The position numbers were made by a program, and so were the translations under genes. From NCBI GenBank assembly GCA_035491815.1, contig DATJKA010000054.1:15004-79003 (forward strand): DNA of 64,000 nt, written 5' to 3'. Origin of the DNA: Gemmatimonadales bacterium. GTDB lineage: Bacteria; Gemmatimonadota; Gemmatimonadetes; Gemmatimonadales; GWC2-71-9. Below are positions 1 to 11,597 of the stretch, piece after piece. Position 1 is the stretch's first letter. Every line of letters starts with the position of its first letter. The notes beneath the pieces were generated by a model, which was given only the letters and a program-made list of their open reading frames with translations, had not been told where the DNA came from and did not search any database.

Positions 1-173
1 CGCAGGGGCCTGCGAAGGAAGTCTTCACGTGGTCGGTCACACCGACGATCGGACCGATCCACATGGACCTGCTGGTGATGTCGATTACGTTGGGCCCCGT
101 CGGTCTGGACGTGTCGCTGCTCGCCGTGTTTGGTGTGGCGATCGCCTACCTCGTCGCCCGATCGCTGTTCTAG
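1..173 (+). CDS. 3' end of an unidentified CDS running off the window edge
   Basis: The frame is open from the window edge to TAG 171-173. The tail ...IHMDLLVMSITLGPVGLDVSLLAVFGVAIAYLVARSLF is a hydrophobic helix. No family recognised. Confidence 0.3.
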   Translation, partial: QGPAKEVFTWSVTPTIGPIHMDLLVMSITLGPVGLDVSLLAVFGVAIAYLVARSLF

Positions 174-190
174 CGAGGCCGCGTCGTCCT

Positions 191-415
191 ATGCTTGGCA
201 ATCTGAGTGGTAGCGAAATCCTCATCCTGATGCTGATCATCCTGCTGGTCTTCGGCGCCAACCGGTTACCGGACGCAGGCAAAGCGGTAGGGAAGGGCCT
301 CCGCGAATTCAAGCGCGCGTTATCGGATGCGGAGCATAGCATTCAGCGGCTCCCCTCTCAGGAAGAGGAGCTCCCCCCGACGCGGAACGCGAAGCCGAAA
401 CGGTTGGTGGAGTAG
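191..415 (+). CDS. tatA: Twin-arginine translocase subunit TatA/E
   Basis: ATG at 191. MLGNLSGSEILILMLIILLVFGANRLPDAGKAVGKGLREFKRAL is the short TM helix plus amphipathic helix typical of TatA. The upstream part of ORF 29-415 is Arg-rich and not coding-like. Confidence 0.9.
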   Translation: MLGNLSGSEILILMLIILLVFGANRLPDAGKAVGKGLREFKRALSDAEHSIQRLPSQEEELPPTRNAKPKRLVE

Positions 416-417
416 CG

Positions 418-2244
418 CTAGAGCGACGTCTCAGCCGGAGGCTGGGCCTTGAAGATGTCCTTGCGCCGGTCGACGATCTTGGCCTGCGCCCGCACCCCTT
501 CCATATACTGCTGAATCCGCGCCTGCTGTACCGCCTGGCGCAGCTGCGTCCGTTGCTGCTCGCGCTGTGCGAGCCAGGCTGTCGAGTCGGCGAGCTTGCG
601 TCCCAATGACTCGATGATGAATGCGCCGTTCTCACCCTTCAGCACGCCACTGCGTTCGCCGACCTGCAGTCCAAACGCGGTCCCGATGATCTCGGGCTCT
701 CGGCCGAGGTACGCGGGTGGATGGAGCCGGGTGAACGGCCCGAACTGATCGGCCTTCAGGCCGTGGGCCGTCGCCGCGGCGATGAGACTCGGTGTGCCGC
801 GCAGTGCAGTTGCGAGCGAGTCGGCGCGATGGGCTGCAATCACCTTTTGCCGCTCCAGCCGGACCGCCGCCGTCACGCGCGGGCGAATCTGATTCAGCGG
901 CGGCACGCCGGCGTCGCTCACGGAATCGAGCTGGAAGATGTAGTAAGCCGGTTGACCTTCGATCACCGGGCTGGTTTCACCGACGGGCGTCTCGAACGCC
1001 CAGACGCTGACATCCGGAATGACGTACTTGCCCAGATTGAAGCGCTCGCCCTGAATCACGGCGTAGCTCGGCGAGACCTGCAAGCCGAGCTTCCGCGCGG
1101 TGGTGTCCAGAATCGTCGGATCGATGCGTTCCGCCGCCATGCGCTCGAGGGTGTCGGCGCGTGCCTCGACCAGATCGCGATGCGCCCCTTGGAGCTCGAT
1201 CGGGATGAGGATGTGCCGCACCTTCAGGGAGTCGCCCTTCTCCTGGTCGATGCGGATCAAGTGATAGCCGAAGTCCGACTCGACCGGCGCCGACACCTGA
1301 CCGGGCTTCAGTCCCTGCAAGCCCTTGAGGAACCGCGGGTCGAAATTGGGCTCGTTGCGTTTGATCCACCCGATCTCGCCACCGTGCTGGCCGCTCGTTG
1401 AATCGCTCGACTCGCGTTTGGCGACGTCCTCGAACTTCGCGCCACGCGCGAGCTCGGCGCGCACGCGCGCGACGTGGGCCTTGGCGGCCGCGGTGTCGGC
1501 GGCGTCGGGCATGCGCGGCACGGCGACGAACCGCACGTACGCGATCGCCGGCCGCTTGAACTCATCGGGATGCTTCGTGAGGTAGTCGGACAGCTCGGCG
1601 TTGCTCACCGGCATCGTGTCGGTGAGCTGGAACGGCCACACCGGCAGCACCGCGATCTTCACCGAATCGTGCTGGTCCTTGTAGATCCGCCACAGCTTGG
1701 CGTCGGAGATGTACACGTCGCTCGTGAGATACTGCGCAAACTTGATGCGCGGGATCTGATCGCGATAAATCGCCTCGATCTGCGCCAGCACGTTCCGATC
1801 CGACGTCGTCGAGATGAACTGCTGCCATTTCCGGATGTCGAACTGGCTGTCGGTCTGGAACTGCGGATCGCGCATGACCTCGGGCGGCGGCGACGTGCGC
1901 GCGGCCTCGATGATCTCGTCGTCGCTCACGCTGATGCCGAGGCGCTTGTATTCCTGCTGCAGCAGCGCGTCCTGGATGAGCTGATTGATGACCTGATCCT
2001 GGACCTGCTGCTCGTCCTCGCGCGTCAGCTGCGCGTTGCCGTTCTGCTGGCGATACTGATCGTAGGCGAGCTGGAGACGCTGCTGGTATTCGGTGACCTG
2101 ATACTCTCTGCGATTGACCCGAAGCACGACATTGCCGCTGGGGCCGAGGATGCTCATCACTTGTCCGACCGCGAGCCATACCACGAAGGCGATGGCGAGG
2201 ATGTAGAAGACCCACTTCGCGTTGGCGCGCATGGTGCGCAGCAT
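418..2244 (-). CDS. ppiD: Membrane-anchored periplasmic chaperone / PPIC-type peptidyl-prolyl isomerase (PpiD/SurA-like)
   Basis: N-terminal anchor WVFYILAIAFVVWLAVG, a SurA_N-like region, and the parvulin signature GGEIGWI...FGYHLIRI. Start taken at ATG 2244 (MLRTMRANAK); ATG 2232 is also possible. Confidence 0.75.
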   Translation of the reverse strand: MLRTMRANAKWVFYILAIAFVVWLAVGQVMSILGPSGNVVLRVNRREYQVTEYQQRLQLAYDQYRQQNGNAQLTREDEQQVQDQVINQLIQDALLQQEYKRLGISVSDDEIIEAARTSPPPEVMRDPQFQTDSQFDIRKWQQFISTTSDRNVLAQIEAIYRDQIPRIKFAQYLTSDVYISDAKLWRIYKDQHDSVKIAVLPVWPFQLTDTMPVSNAELSDYLTKHPDEFKRPAIAYVRFVAVPRMPDAADTAAAKAHVARVRAELARGAKFEDVAKRESSDSTSGQHGGEIGWIKRNEPNFDPRFLKGLQGLKPGQVSAPVESDFGYHLIRIDQEKGDSLKVRHILIPIELQGAHRDLVEARADTLERMAAERIDPTILDTTARKLGLQVSPSYAVIQGERFNLGKYVIPDVSVWAFETPVGETSPVIEGQPAYYIFQLDSVSDAGVPPLNQIRPRVTAAVRLERQKVIAAHRADSLATALRGTPSLIAAATAHGLKADQFGPFTRLHPPAYLGREPEIIGTAFGLQVGERSGVLKGENGAFIIESLGRKLADSTAWLAQREQQRTQLRQAVQQARIQQYMEGVRAQAKIVDRRKDIFKAQPPAETSL

Positions 2245-2335
2245 GTGACGCAAGACTCCGATTCGAGGAGGGGTGAAGGGGCATAAGTCTAAACGCCGCA
2301 ACACACAAACTCAACCGCACACACCGCCGGGTCAT

Positions 2336-2365
2336 TTGACAGCAACGCCGGCCGAACACTATCTT
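2336..2365 (+). promoter_or_regulatory. Candidate sigma70-type promoter for the TPR gene
   Basis: TTGACA (2336-2341), an 18-nt spacer, then TATCTT (2360-2365), about 28 nt upstream of the GTG at 2393 in a divergent intergenic region. Confidence 0.3.
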
Positions 2366-2392
2366 CGTCCAATTCCCACATAGACTTAGGAC

Positions 2393-3988
2393 GTGGCCTA
2401 CACTAGCGAGATCGAGAAGCTCGAAGCGCGCTTTAATGACAATCCCAAGGGTCGCAACTTTGCGCCCTTGGCGGACGCCTATCGTAAAGCAGGGCTTATA
2501 GATAACGCAATCGTTCTATGTCAGAACGGTCTGCAGCTCCACCCCGATTACGTCAGCGCCCACATCGTTTACGCCCGCTGCCTCGTCGACAAGAAAGACG
2601 ATCCCGCGGCACTCGGCGTCTTCAAGAAGGTCCTCGAGCTCGATGGGCAAAACATCATCGCGCTGCGTGGCCTGGCCGAGTTGGCCGAGCGCAACGGCAA
2701 CTACGCAGAGGAAGTGCAGTGGCTGAGCCAGCTGCTCAACGCGGACCCGATGAACGGGGATGCCGCAGAGGCGTTGGCCCGGGCGAAGGGCAAACTGGCG
2801 ACGAAGCCGGTGGACGTATCCGAGGCGCCGACGGCCGCCATGGACAAGCCGGACTTCGCGGTGGAGCACGAGACACCGGAGGTGGTCGAGCTGAAGCGCG
2901 ATTCCTCCGCGGCCACGGCCGCGCCGGAGGTCGAGAACTTCGAGAGCCCGATCAGCTTCAATCCCAACGCGCACCAGGCGGCAAAAGCCGACGGGCTCGA
3001 GGTGCAGGAAGACGTCGAGCTGAACTCGCAGCAGATCGAGCAGGTCGAGATCGAAGGCTTGGCGCGAACGCAGTACGAAGGCAGCGGGATGTTCAAGCTC
3101 GATGCGCCGGAGCCTGCGGCCGCGGGCGCTGGACCCGACCTGGACGAAGCGTTGCCGCAGGTCGATTTGCCATTGATCATGCCGGACGACGAGGTCGCGC
3201 CTCCCAGAGCAGCGGCGCCACCTCCGCCGTTGGCGCCGCCTCCCGCGCCGCCACCTCCCGCTCCGCCACGGGTGTCGATTCCCGCGATCGCCTTGTCGGA
3301 TGACGACGGCGCTGCCGACACGGCGACCCTGTCGAAGGCTGAGCCCGTCGTCACGGAGACGATGGCGGAGCTCTATCTGAAGCAGGGACACACGCAGGAT
3401 GCGCTGCGCGTGTATCAGGCGCTGCTGGCGCAGCGCCCCAACGACGCGAAACTGAAGGGCAAGGTGGAGCAGCTCTCTTCGGGGGGCCGGAAGGGCTCAG
3501 GGATCTCGGCGCAAACGTTTCTCAAGAACATCTGGTCAGGGCGGCGGCCCACCCCGGTCGCGGCGGCTCAACCAGAAGAACAGACCACGCTCGAAGCCGC
3601 GTTCGACGTCGCCGGCCCACCGCCGCCACCGCCCGGCCAGCCGTCACACCCGGCCCAGGACCACATCTCCCTCGACTCCGTTTTCGGGGAAGAGGCGGCG
3701 CGCGCTTCGACCGCCGTTCCCAGTGCCGCACCGGAGCCGCCGCCGGGTCCTGGGGCGCCGCCGGCGCCGGACGCGTCGAAGACGGGCGGCTTCTCCTTCG
3801 ACGAATTCTTCGCCGGTGGGAAAGCCGGCGCTGCTGCGGGTGGGGCAGGGGCGGGTGGGGCGCCCGCGGATGCCACCGCCGCGAAGACGCCGGGCGGCAG
3901 CCGCACGTCGGGCCGCACGCAGCGGCCGCCGGAAGATGACGCGGAGGCCGATCAGTTCCAGCAGTGGCTGAAGAAGCTCAAGTCCTAG
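2393..3988 (+). CDS. TPR-repeat protein with long Pro/Ala-rich low-complexity regions
   Basis: GTG start. N-terminal TPR-like repeats (AYRKAGLIDNAIVLCQNGLQLHPDYVSAHIVYARCLV...), a second TPR-like stretch (AELYLKQGHTQDALRVYQALLAQRPND), and PPPPLAPPPAPPPPAPP tracts. Confidence 0.7.
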   Translation: MAYTSEIEKLEARFNDNPKGRNFAPLADAYRKAGLIDNAIVLCQNGLQLHPDYVSAHIVYARCLVDKKDDPAALGVFKKVLELDGQNIIALRGLAELAERNGNYAEEVQWLSQLLNADPMNGDAAEALARAKGKLATKPVDVSEAPTAAMDKPDFAVEHETPEVVELKRDSSAATAAPEVENFESPISFNPNAHQAAKADGLEVQEDVELNSQQIEQVEIEGLARTQYEGSGMFKLDAPEPAAAGAGPDLDEALPQVDLPLIMPDDEVAPPRAAAPPPPLAPPPAPPPPAPPRVSIPAIALSDDDGAADTATLSKAEPVVTETMAELYLKQGHTQDALRVYQALLAQRPNDAKLKGKVEQLSSGGRKGSGISAQTFLKNIWSGRRPTPVAAAQPEEQTTLEAAFDVAGPPPPPPGQPSHPAQDHISLDSVFGEEAARASTAVPSAAPEPPPGPGAPPAPDASKTGGFSFDEFFAGGKAGAAAGGAGAGGAPADATAAKTPGGSRTSGRTQRPPEDDAEADQFQQWLKKLKS

Positions 3989-4431
3989 TGTCTCCTCACA
4001 TCGCCGTGCTGAACGGCCCCAATCTGAATTTGTTGGGACAGCGCGAACCCGAGATCTACGGCAACACGAGTCTCGCCGAGGTCGAGCGGATCACGCGCGA
4101 GCGGGCACGGGCACTCGGCGTGGAATGCAGCTGGATTCAGACGAATCACGAGGGTGAGCTGGTCGAGGCGATTCAGGGACTGAAGGGACGCGCCGACGGC
4201 GCCGTGATCAACGCAGCGGCGTTCACGCATACCAGTCTCGCGGTGCGAGACGCGCTCCTCGCCGTGCGCGTGCCGTTCGTCGAGGTACACCTGTCGAACA
4301 TTTTTGCGCGTGAGCCGGAGCGGCGGCGCTCGTTGCTCGCGGACCTCGCGGTTGGCGTCGTCACGGGGTTCGGGGCCGACAGTTACCGTCTGGGTCTCGA
4401 GGGGTTGGTCGGTCATCTTCAGTCGCGATAA
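3988..4431 (+). CDS. aroQ: 3-dehydroquinate dehydratase, type II
   Basis: IAVLNGPNLNLLGQREPEIYG...IQTNHEGELV...INAAAFTHTSLAVRDAL...VEVHLSNIFAREPERR are type II DHQase signatures. GTG 3988 overlaps the upstream TAG by 1 nt. Confidence 0.9.
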   Translation: MSPHIAVLNGPNLNLLGQREPEIYGNTSLAEVERITRERARALGVECSWIQTNHEGELVEAIQGLKGRADGAVINAAAFTHTSLAVRDALLAVRVPFVEVHLSNIFAREPERRRSLLADLAVGVVTGFGADSYRLGLEGLVGHLQSR

Positions 4432-5527
4432 ACGGCCCGAGCGGCAGGCCGCGCTGGCCCGGCTTCTGGAAACGGAAGGGTTGGACGCGCTGCTCGTGAC
4501 GTCGCGATCCAACATCCGTTATCTCACCGGTTTCAGCGGATCGGCGGGCGTGGCCGTGGCCACGCGGAGCTCGGTCCTGCTCGTCACGGACTTCCGTTAC
4601 GACGAGCAGGCGCGCCAGCAAGCGGGCGCCGTCGCGCGCGTCGAGATCGAAGCGACGAGCGTATGGGACCGTCTCTTCAAAGAGCTCCCGACGCTCGGCA
4701 CCGCGACGCTGGGCGGGAACGTCATCGGGTTCGAGGCGCACGCGCTCAGCGTCAAGGACGCGGAGCGCTTCACGATGGGGCCGGGCGCGGCGTGGCGCTG
4801 GAAGTCGGCGGGAGAGCTCGTGGAGCGGCTGCGCCTGCGGAAGGATCCGGGCGAGGTCGCGGCGATTCACGCGGCGGCCACGCTGGCGGCCGCAGCGTTG
4901 CAGGAGACGCTCGCGGGCGTGCGGGTGGGGCAGACCGAGCTCGCGATCGCGGGTGCGCTGGAAGCGGCGCTGCGGCGCCAGGGCAGCGAAGGCCACCCGT
5001 TTCCCATCATCGTGGCGAGCGGTCCGCGCAGTGCGCTGCCACATGCCAACACGAGCGCGCGCACCGTAGCGGCGGGGGAGTGGCTGCTGCTAGACTTTGG
5101 CGCCGTCGTGGACGGGTATTGCGCCGACGTCACGCGCACGGTGGTCGTGGGGGCGCGCGCGGACGAGGCGCAGCGCGCGTTGTACGGACTGGTGCAGGAA
5201 GCACAGCGTCGCGCGCGGGAAGGCGTGCGCGCGGGCATGACGGGTCGGGAGGCAGACGCGCTCGCGCGCGACGTGATCGAGGCGCGCGGGTTCGGCGCGG
5301 CGTTCGGTCATTCGACGGGCCACGGCCTGGGACTCGACGTCCACGAGGCGCCGCGGCTGGCGCGCACGGCGAACGACCCGCTGCCCGCAGGTGCCGTCGT
5401 CACGATCGAGCCGGGCGTGTACGTCGCCGGGCGCGGCGGCGTGCGGCTCGAGGACGACGTGCATCTCTCGGCGGACGGTCCCGTGCTCTTGAGCGATGGC
5501 TGTACGGAGCTTGTCGAACTGGCGTAG
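4304..5527 (+). CDS. Xaa-Pro aminopeptidase / M24 family metallopeptidase (start uncertain)
   Basis: Creatinase_N-like N-domain (LDALLVTSRSNIRYLTGFSGS) and M24 core (DFGAVVDGYCADVTRT...HSTGHGLGLDVHEAP...TIEPGVY..VRLED). The only in-frame ATG/GTG/TTG codons upstream of the conserved region are 4304, 4310 and 4352, and all overlap aroQ. Confidence 0.8.
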   Translation: MRVSRSGGARCSRTSRLASSRGSGPTVTVWVSRGWSVIFSRDKRPERQAALARLLETEGLDALLVTSRSNIRYLTGFSGSAGVAVATRSSVLLVTDFRYDEQARQQAGAVARVEIEATSVWDRLFKELPTLGTATLGGNVIGFEAHALSVKDAERFTMGPGAAWRWKSAGELVERLRLRKDPGEVAAIHAAATLAAAALQETLAGVRVGQTELAIAGALEAALRRQGSEGHPFPIIVASGPRSALPHANTSARTVAAGEWLLLDFGAVVDGYCADVTRTVVVGARADEAQRALYGLVQEAQRRAREGVRAGMTGREADALARDVIEARGFGAAFGHSTGHGLGLDVHEAPRLARTANDPLPAGAVVTIEPGVYVAGRGGVRLEDDVHLSADGPVLLSDGCTELVELA

Positions 5528-5561
5528 TGGCGGCGAGGGGGAGGGGGGATATCTTCTCGGT

Positions 5562-6053
5562 ATGAAGCTCGACATCATCGCCCAGATCGTGCAGATCTTG
5601 AAGGATGCCCCGGAAGTGGGGGCGATCGAGATCCGCCGTGGGCTGTTTGGGGCCTGGTCGTCGGTGCGCGTGTCCAAAGCGGGTCATAACGCCACTTCCA
5701 GCCATGTCGTCGTATCGCAGCCGACCCTGCCGCCGCAGCCCGTGCCCCGTTCCGAAGGGGGACGAGGGGCGGGGGAGGGGGGAGCTCCGATCGCCGCGGC
5801 CGGTCCGCAACTCCTCGAGATCAAGTCTCCGATGGTCGGGACCTTCTATCAGTCGCCCGAGCCGGGCGCGCAGCCCTACGCCAAGGTCGGGACGCGCGTG
5901 AACGCGGGCCAAGTGGTGTGCATCATCGAAGCGATGAAGATCATGAACGAGATCGAGTCCGAGGTTTCGGGCGTGATCCGGGAAGTCGCCGCACAAAACG
6001 CGCAGCCGGTGGAGTTCGGCCAAGTCCTTTTCCGGGTGGATCCGCATGGGTGA
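5562..6053 (+). CDS. accB: Acetyl-CoA carboxylase biotin carboxyl carrier protein
   Basis: ATG 5562. Biotinyl-lysine motif CIIEAMKIMNEIESE, preceded by SPMVGTFY. Confidence 0.9.
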   Translation: MKLDIIAQIVQILKDAPEVGAIEIRRGLFGAWSSVRVSKAGHNATSSHVVVSQPTLPPQPVPRSEGGRGAGEGGAPIAAAGPQLLEIKSPMVGTFYQSPEPGAQPYAKVGTRVNAGQVVCIIEAMKIMNEIESEVSGVIREVAAQNAQPVEFGQVLFRVDPHG

Positions 6054-7206
6054 GGCGACACAGGGCAATCTCCCGGCATTCAACTTCAAGCAGGCGATCA
6101 CGAACATGGTGCAGCGCAACGGCTCCGACCTGCTGCTCAAGGTCGGGCGGCCGGCCACCATTCGCGTGAACGGCGAGCTGGTCGCACTCGAGACCTCTCC
6201 GCTGAAGCCTGAGGAGCTGAAGTCGCTCGCCGAGCAGATCATGACGCCACGCCAGGTCAAGGAGTTCGCCGAGCACAAGGAGGCGGACTTCGCGATCGGC
6301 GTCCCCGGCGTCGGCCGGTTCCGGACCAACGTGTACCAGCAGCGCGGGACCGTCGCGTTCGCATTCCGCGCCATCCCGTACGAAGTGAAGCAGATCCGCG
6401 AGCTGAACCTCCCCGGCGTGCTCGAGGAAATCGCGCTCAAGCCGCGCGGTCTCGTGCTCGTCACGGGCGTGACGGGGTCGGGCAAGTCGACGGCGCTCGC
6501 CGCGATGATCAATCATGTGAACATCAACCGGCGCGTGAACATCATCACGATCGAGGACCCGATCGAGTTCCTGCACCGCGACCAGAACGCCAACATCTCG
6601 CAGCGCGAAGTCGGCAACGACACGCTCACGTTCAATTCGGCGCTGCGGCACGTGCTGCGGCAGGATCCCGACCTGATCCTGATCGGCGAGATCCGCGATA
6701 TGGAGACGCTGGACACGGCACTCAAGGCAGCGGACACAGGGCACATGGTGTTTTCGACCCTGCACACCACCGACGCCACGCAGACCGTCAGCCGCGTCAT
6801 CTCCTTCTTCCCGCCGCACCAGCACGACGAAATCCGCCACCTCCTCTCCACGGCGCTGCAGGCGATCGTGTCGCTGCGCCTCGTGCCGCGCAAAGACGGG
6901 CGCGGCCGCGTGCCGGCGGCGGAGGTGCTGATCAACACCGCGGCAGTGGCCGACAACATCCGCGATCTCTCCAAACAGCTCAACATTCCCGACCTGATCG
7001 CCGAGGGCTCGGTGCAGTACGGCATGCAGAGCTTCGACCAGTCGCTATTCTATTGGTATCAGCAGGGCGTGATCAGCTACGAGAGCGCGATCTTCTACGC
7101 GACCAACCCGAGCGAGTTTGCACTGAAGGTCTCGGGCGTGGATTCGTCGGGGAACCGGCTGGGCGGCGGCGGCGCCAGCGCGGCCGGTATCGAGCTGACG
7201 CCGTAA
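6046..7206 (+). CDS. pilT: PilT/PilU-family type IV pilus retraction ATPase
   Basis: Walker [35 protein letters not shown], and the His box FSTLHT. ATG 6046 overlaps the accB stop by 8 nt. Confidence 0.85.
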   Translation: MGEATQGNLPAFNFKQAITNMVQRNGSDLLLKVGRPATIRVNGELVALETSPLKPEELKSLAEQIMTPRQVKEFAEHKEADFAIGVPGVGRFRTNVYQQRGTVAFAFRAIPYEVKQIRELNLPGVLEEIALKPRGLVLVTGVTGSGKSTALAAMINHVNINRRVNIITIEDPIEFLHRDQNANISQREVGNDTLTFNSALRHVLRQDPDLILIGEIRDMETLDTALKAADTGHMVFSTLHTTDATQTVSRVISFFPPHQHDEIRHLLSTALQAIVSLRLVPRKDGRGRVPAAEVLINTAAVADNIRDLSKQLNIPDLIAEGSVQYGMQSFDQSLFYWYQQGVISYESAIFYATNPSEFALKVSGVDSSGNRLGGGGASAAGIELTP

Positions 7207-8564
7207 TGTTCAAGAAAGTGCTGATCGCGAACCGCGGGGAGATTGCCCTGCGGGTGATCCGCGCATGTAAGGAGCTGGGCGTCGAGACGGTAGCGGTGTA
7301 TTCCGAGGCGGACCGCGAGTCGCTGCACGTCCGTTTCGCCGACGACGACGTGTGTATCGGCCGCGCTCCCAGCCGGGACAGCTATCTCAACATCCCCCGC
7401 CTCATTGCCGCCGCGGAAATCACCGGCGCCGACGCCATTCATCCCGGCTACGGCTTCCTCGCCGAGAACGCCGAGTTCGCCGAGAAGGTCGCCGCATCCA
7501 ACATCACGTTCATCGGTCCGACGCCGGATCAAATCCGGCAAATGGGCGACAAGGCGGCGGCCCGGAAAATCGCCAAGCAGCAGGGCGTGCCGACGGTGCC
7601 CGGCTCTCCGGGGCCGGTGGAATCGCTCGACGACGGCAAAGAGATCGCGGGCAAGATCGGTTTTCCGGTCATCATCAAGGCGGCGGCGGGCGGGGGCGGG
7701 AAGGGCATGCGGGTCGCGAACGACCCCGACCAATTCGCGCAATCGTTCACGCTCGCCAAGCAAGAAGCGCTCGCGGCATTCAACTCCGACGAGGTCTACA
7801 TCGAGAAGTATCTCGCACGTCCCCGCCACATCGAGATCCAAATCATGGGGGACACGCACGGCAAGGTAATGCATCTGTGCGAGCGCGATTGCTCGGTGCA
7901 GCGCCGCCACCAGAAGCTCGTCGAGGAGGCGCCCTCGCCGGTCGTGGACCAGACGCTGCGCGAGGACATCGGCGATGCCGCGGTCAAGCTGGCGCAGTCG
8001 ATCGGCTATGTTGGCGCCGGGACCATCGAGTTTCTGCTCGATACCGACGGCTCGTTCTATTTCATGGAGATGAACACGCGCATCCAGGTCGAGCATCCGG
8101 TGACCGAGATGTGCACGAACTTCGACCTGGTCAAAGAACAGATCGCCGTGGCGGCCGGCGCGCCGCTCTCGTTCGTCATGAACGGGAACCGGCTGCGTGG
8201 GCACGCGATCGAGTGCCGCGTCAACGCGGAAGACCCGTCGAGAAACTTTCAGCCGTCGCCGGGCGTCATCACCGCGTATCATCCGCCGGGCGGTCCCGGG
8301 GTGCGGGTAGATACGCACATCTATGCCGGCTATACGGTGCCGCCGTACTACGACTCGCTGCTCGCGAAGGTGATCGTGCACGGCAACACCCGGACGGAAG
8401 CGCTGGCCCGTATGCGCCAGGCGCTCGACTCGTTTATCATTGAAGGCGTGACCACGACGATTCCGTTTCTGGGCCGGGTCATGCGCCACCCGGACTTCGT
8501 CGCGGGCAAGGTGGACACGAAATTCCTCGAGCGCGAGCCGCAACTCCTCAAAGACCAGACATGA
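7206..8564 (+). CDS. accC: Acetyl-CoA carboxylase biotin carboxylase subunit
   Basis: [25 protein letters not shown]..., an ATP-grasp core and [17 protein letters not shown] 7206 overlaps the pilT TAA (TAATG). Confidence 0.95.
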   Translation: MFKKVLIANRGEIALRVIRACKELGVETVAVYSEADRESLHVRFADDDVCIGRAPSRDSYLNIPRLIAAAEITGADAIHPGYGFLAENAEFAEKVAASNITFIGPTPDQIRQMGDKAAARKIAKQQGVPTVPGSPGPVESLDDGKEIAGKIGFPVIIKAAAGGGGKGMRVANDPDQFAQSFTLAKQEALAAFNSDEVYIEKYLARPRHIEIQIMGDTHGKVMHLCERDCSVQRRHQKLVEEAPSPVVDQTLREDIGDAAVKLAQSIGYVGAGTIEFLLDTDGSFYFMEMNTRIQVEHPVTEMCTNFDLVKEQIAVAAGAPLSFVMNGNRLRGHAIECRVNAEDPSRNFQPSPGVITAYHPPGGPGVRVDTHIYAGYTVPPYYDSLLAKVIVHGNTRTEALARMRQALDSFIIEGVTTTIPFLGRVMRHPDFVAGKVDTKFLEREPQLLKDQT

Positions 8565-9285
8565 AGATCGACGTTTACCATACGCCACTCGGCCTCAACG
8601 CGGGGGATCTCACCGGCCGAGCGGTCGTCGTCATTGACGTGCTCCGGGCTACCAGCACGATCGTGAGCGCGCTCGCGGCGGGTGCCAAGGCGATCGTGCC
8701 GGCGGCCAGCTCGGAAGAGGTCGTGCGGTTGACGTCGAATCTCGAGAAAAACGGCATCGTGCTCGCCGGCGAGCGACGGCTGCAGAAGATCGAGGGCTTC
8801 AACCTTGGCAATTCGCCACGCGAGATGACCAAAGAGTCCGTCGGCGGCAAGACGGTGTTCCTCGCCACGACCAACGGCACGCCCGCGCTGCTCGCGGCGC
8901 AGGGCGGGGACCCCGTGCTCGTCGCGGCCGCACTCAACTTCAGCGCCGTGGCCGAGCGCGCCCGCAATCTCTTCACCGAGCGCGGTGACCTCGTGATCAT
9001 CTGCGCGGGCCGCGAGAAGCAGTTCGCGCTGGAGGATGCCTACACGGCCGGCCGCTTGATCAAGGCCGTGAAGAAGGGCGTGCCGCCGAAAAAGCTGACG
9101 CTCAACGACGCCGCCCAGGTCTCCCTGGACCTCGCGGCGCAGCAAGGCGGCTGGCTGGATGCCCTCGGTGCGAGCGACGCCGCGCGCCAGCTCGGCGAGG
9201 CCGGCCTTGGCGACGACGTGAAGTTCTGCGCGAGTCCCGACAAGCTGTCCATCGTCCCCGTGTACGCGGACCGACGCATCGCGGC

Positions 9286-9289
<4 letters not shown>
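8561..9289 (+). CDS. comB: 2-phosphosulfolactate phosphatase (ComB) family protein
   Basis: [21 protein letters not shown]...[17 protein letters not shown]...TTNGT are ComB-family motifs. ATGA overlap with accC. Confidence 0.7.
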
Positions 9290-11514
<2,225 letters not shown>

Positions 11515-11542
11515 ACTTTTTGGATTAAGCCCTTCCTCGATT

Positions 11543-11569
11543 CGAGCTAACTCACTAAGGTGGGATCGT
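11543..11569 (+). promoter_or_regulatory. Conserved AT-rich leader element upstream of beta-helix gene 1
   Basis: CGAGCTAACTCACTAAGGTGGGATCGT matches 22220-22246 (CGAGTTAATTCATTAAGGTGAGATCGT) at 23 of 27 positions. It is followed by the SD AAAGGAG and ATG 11598. Confidence 0.4.
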
Positions 11570-11597
11570 TAAGCCTCACCGACAAAGGAGTCGCTCG

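Noticed and set aside
7095-8588. 497-aa ORF antisense to accC
   Set aside because: It lies opposite a strongly recognisable accC frame. The translation is Arg/Ala/Gly/His-rich with no motifs, which is the typical shadow ORF of high-GC DNA. The same applies to 5941-6840 and 5400-6512.
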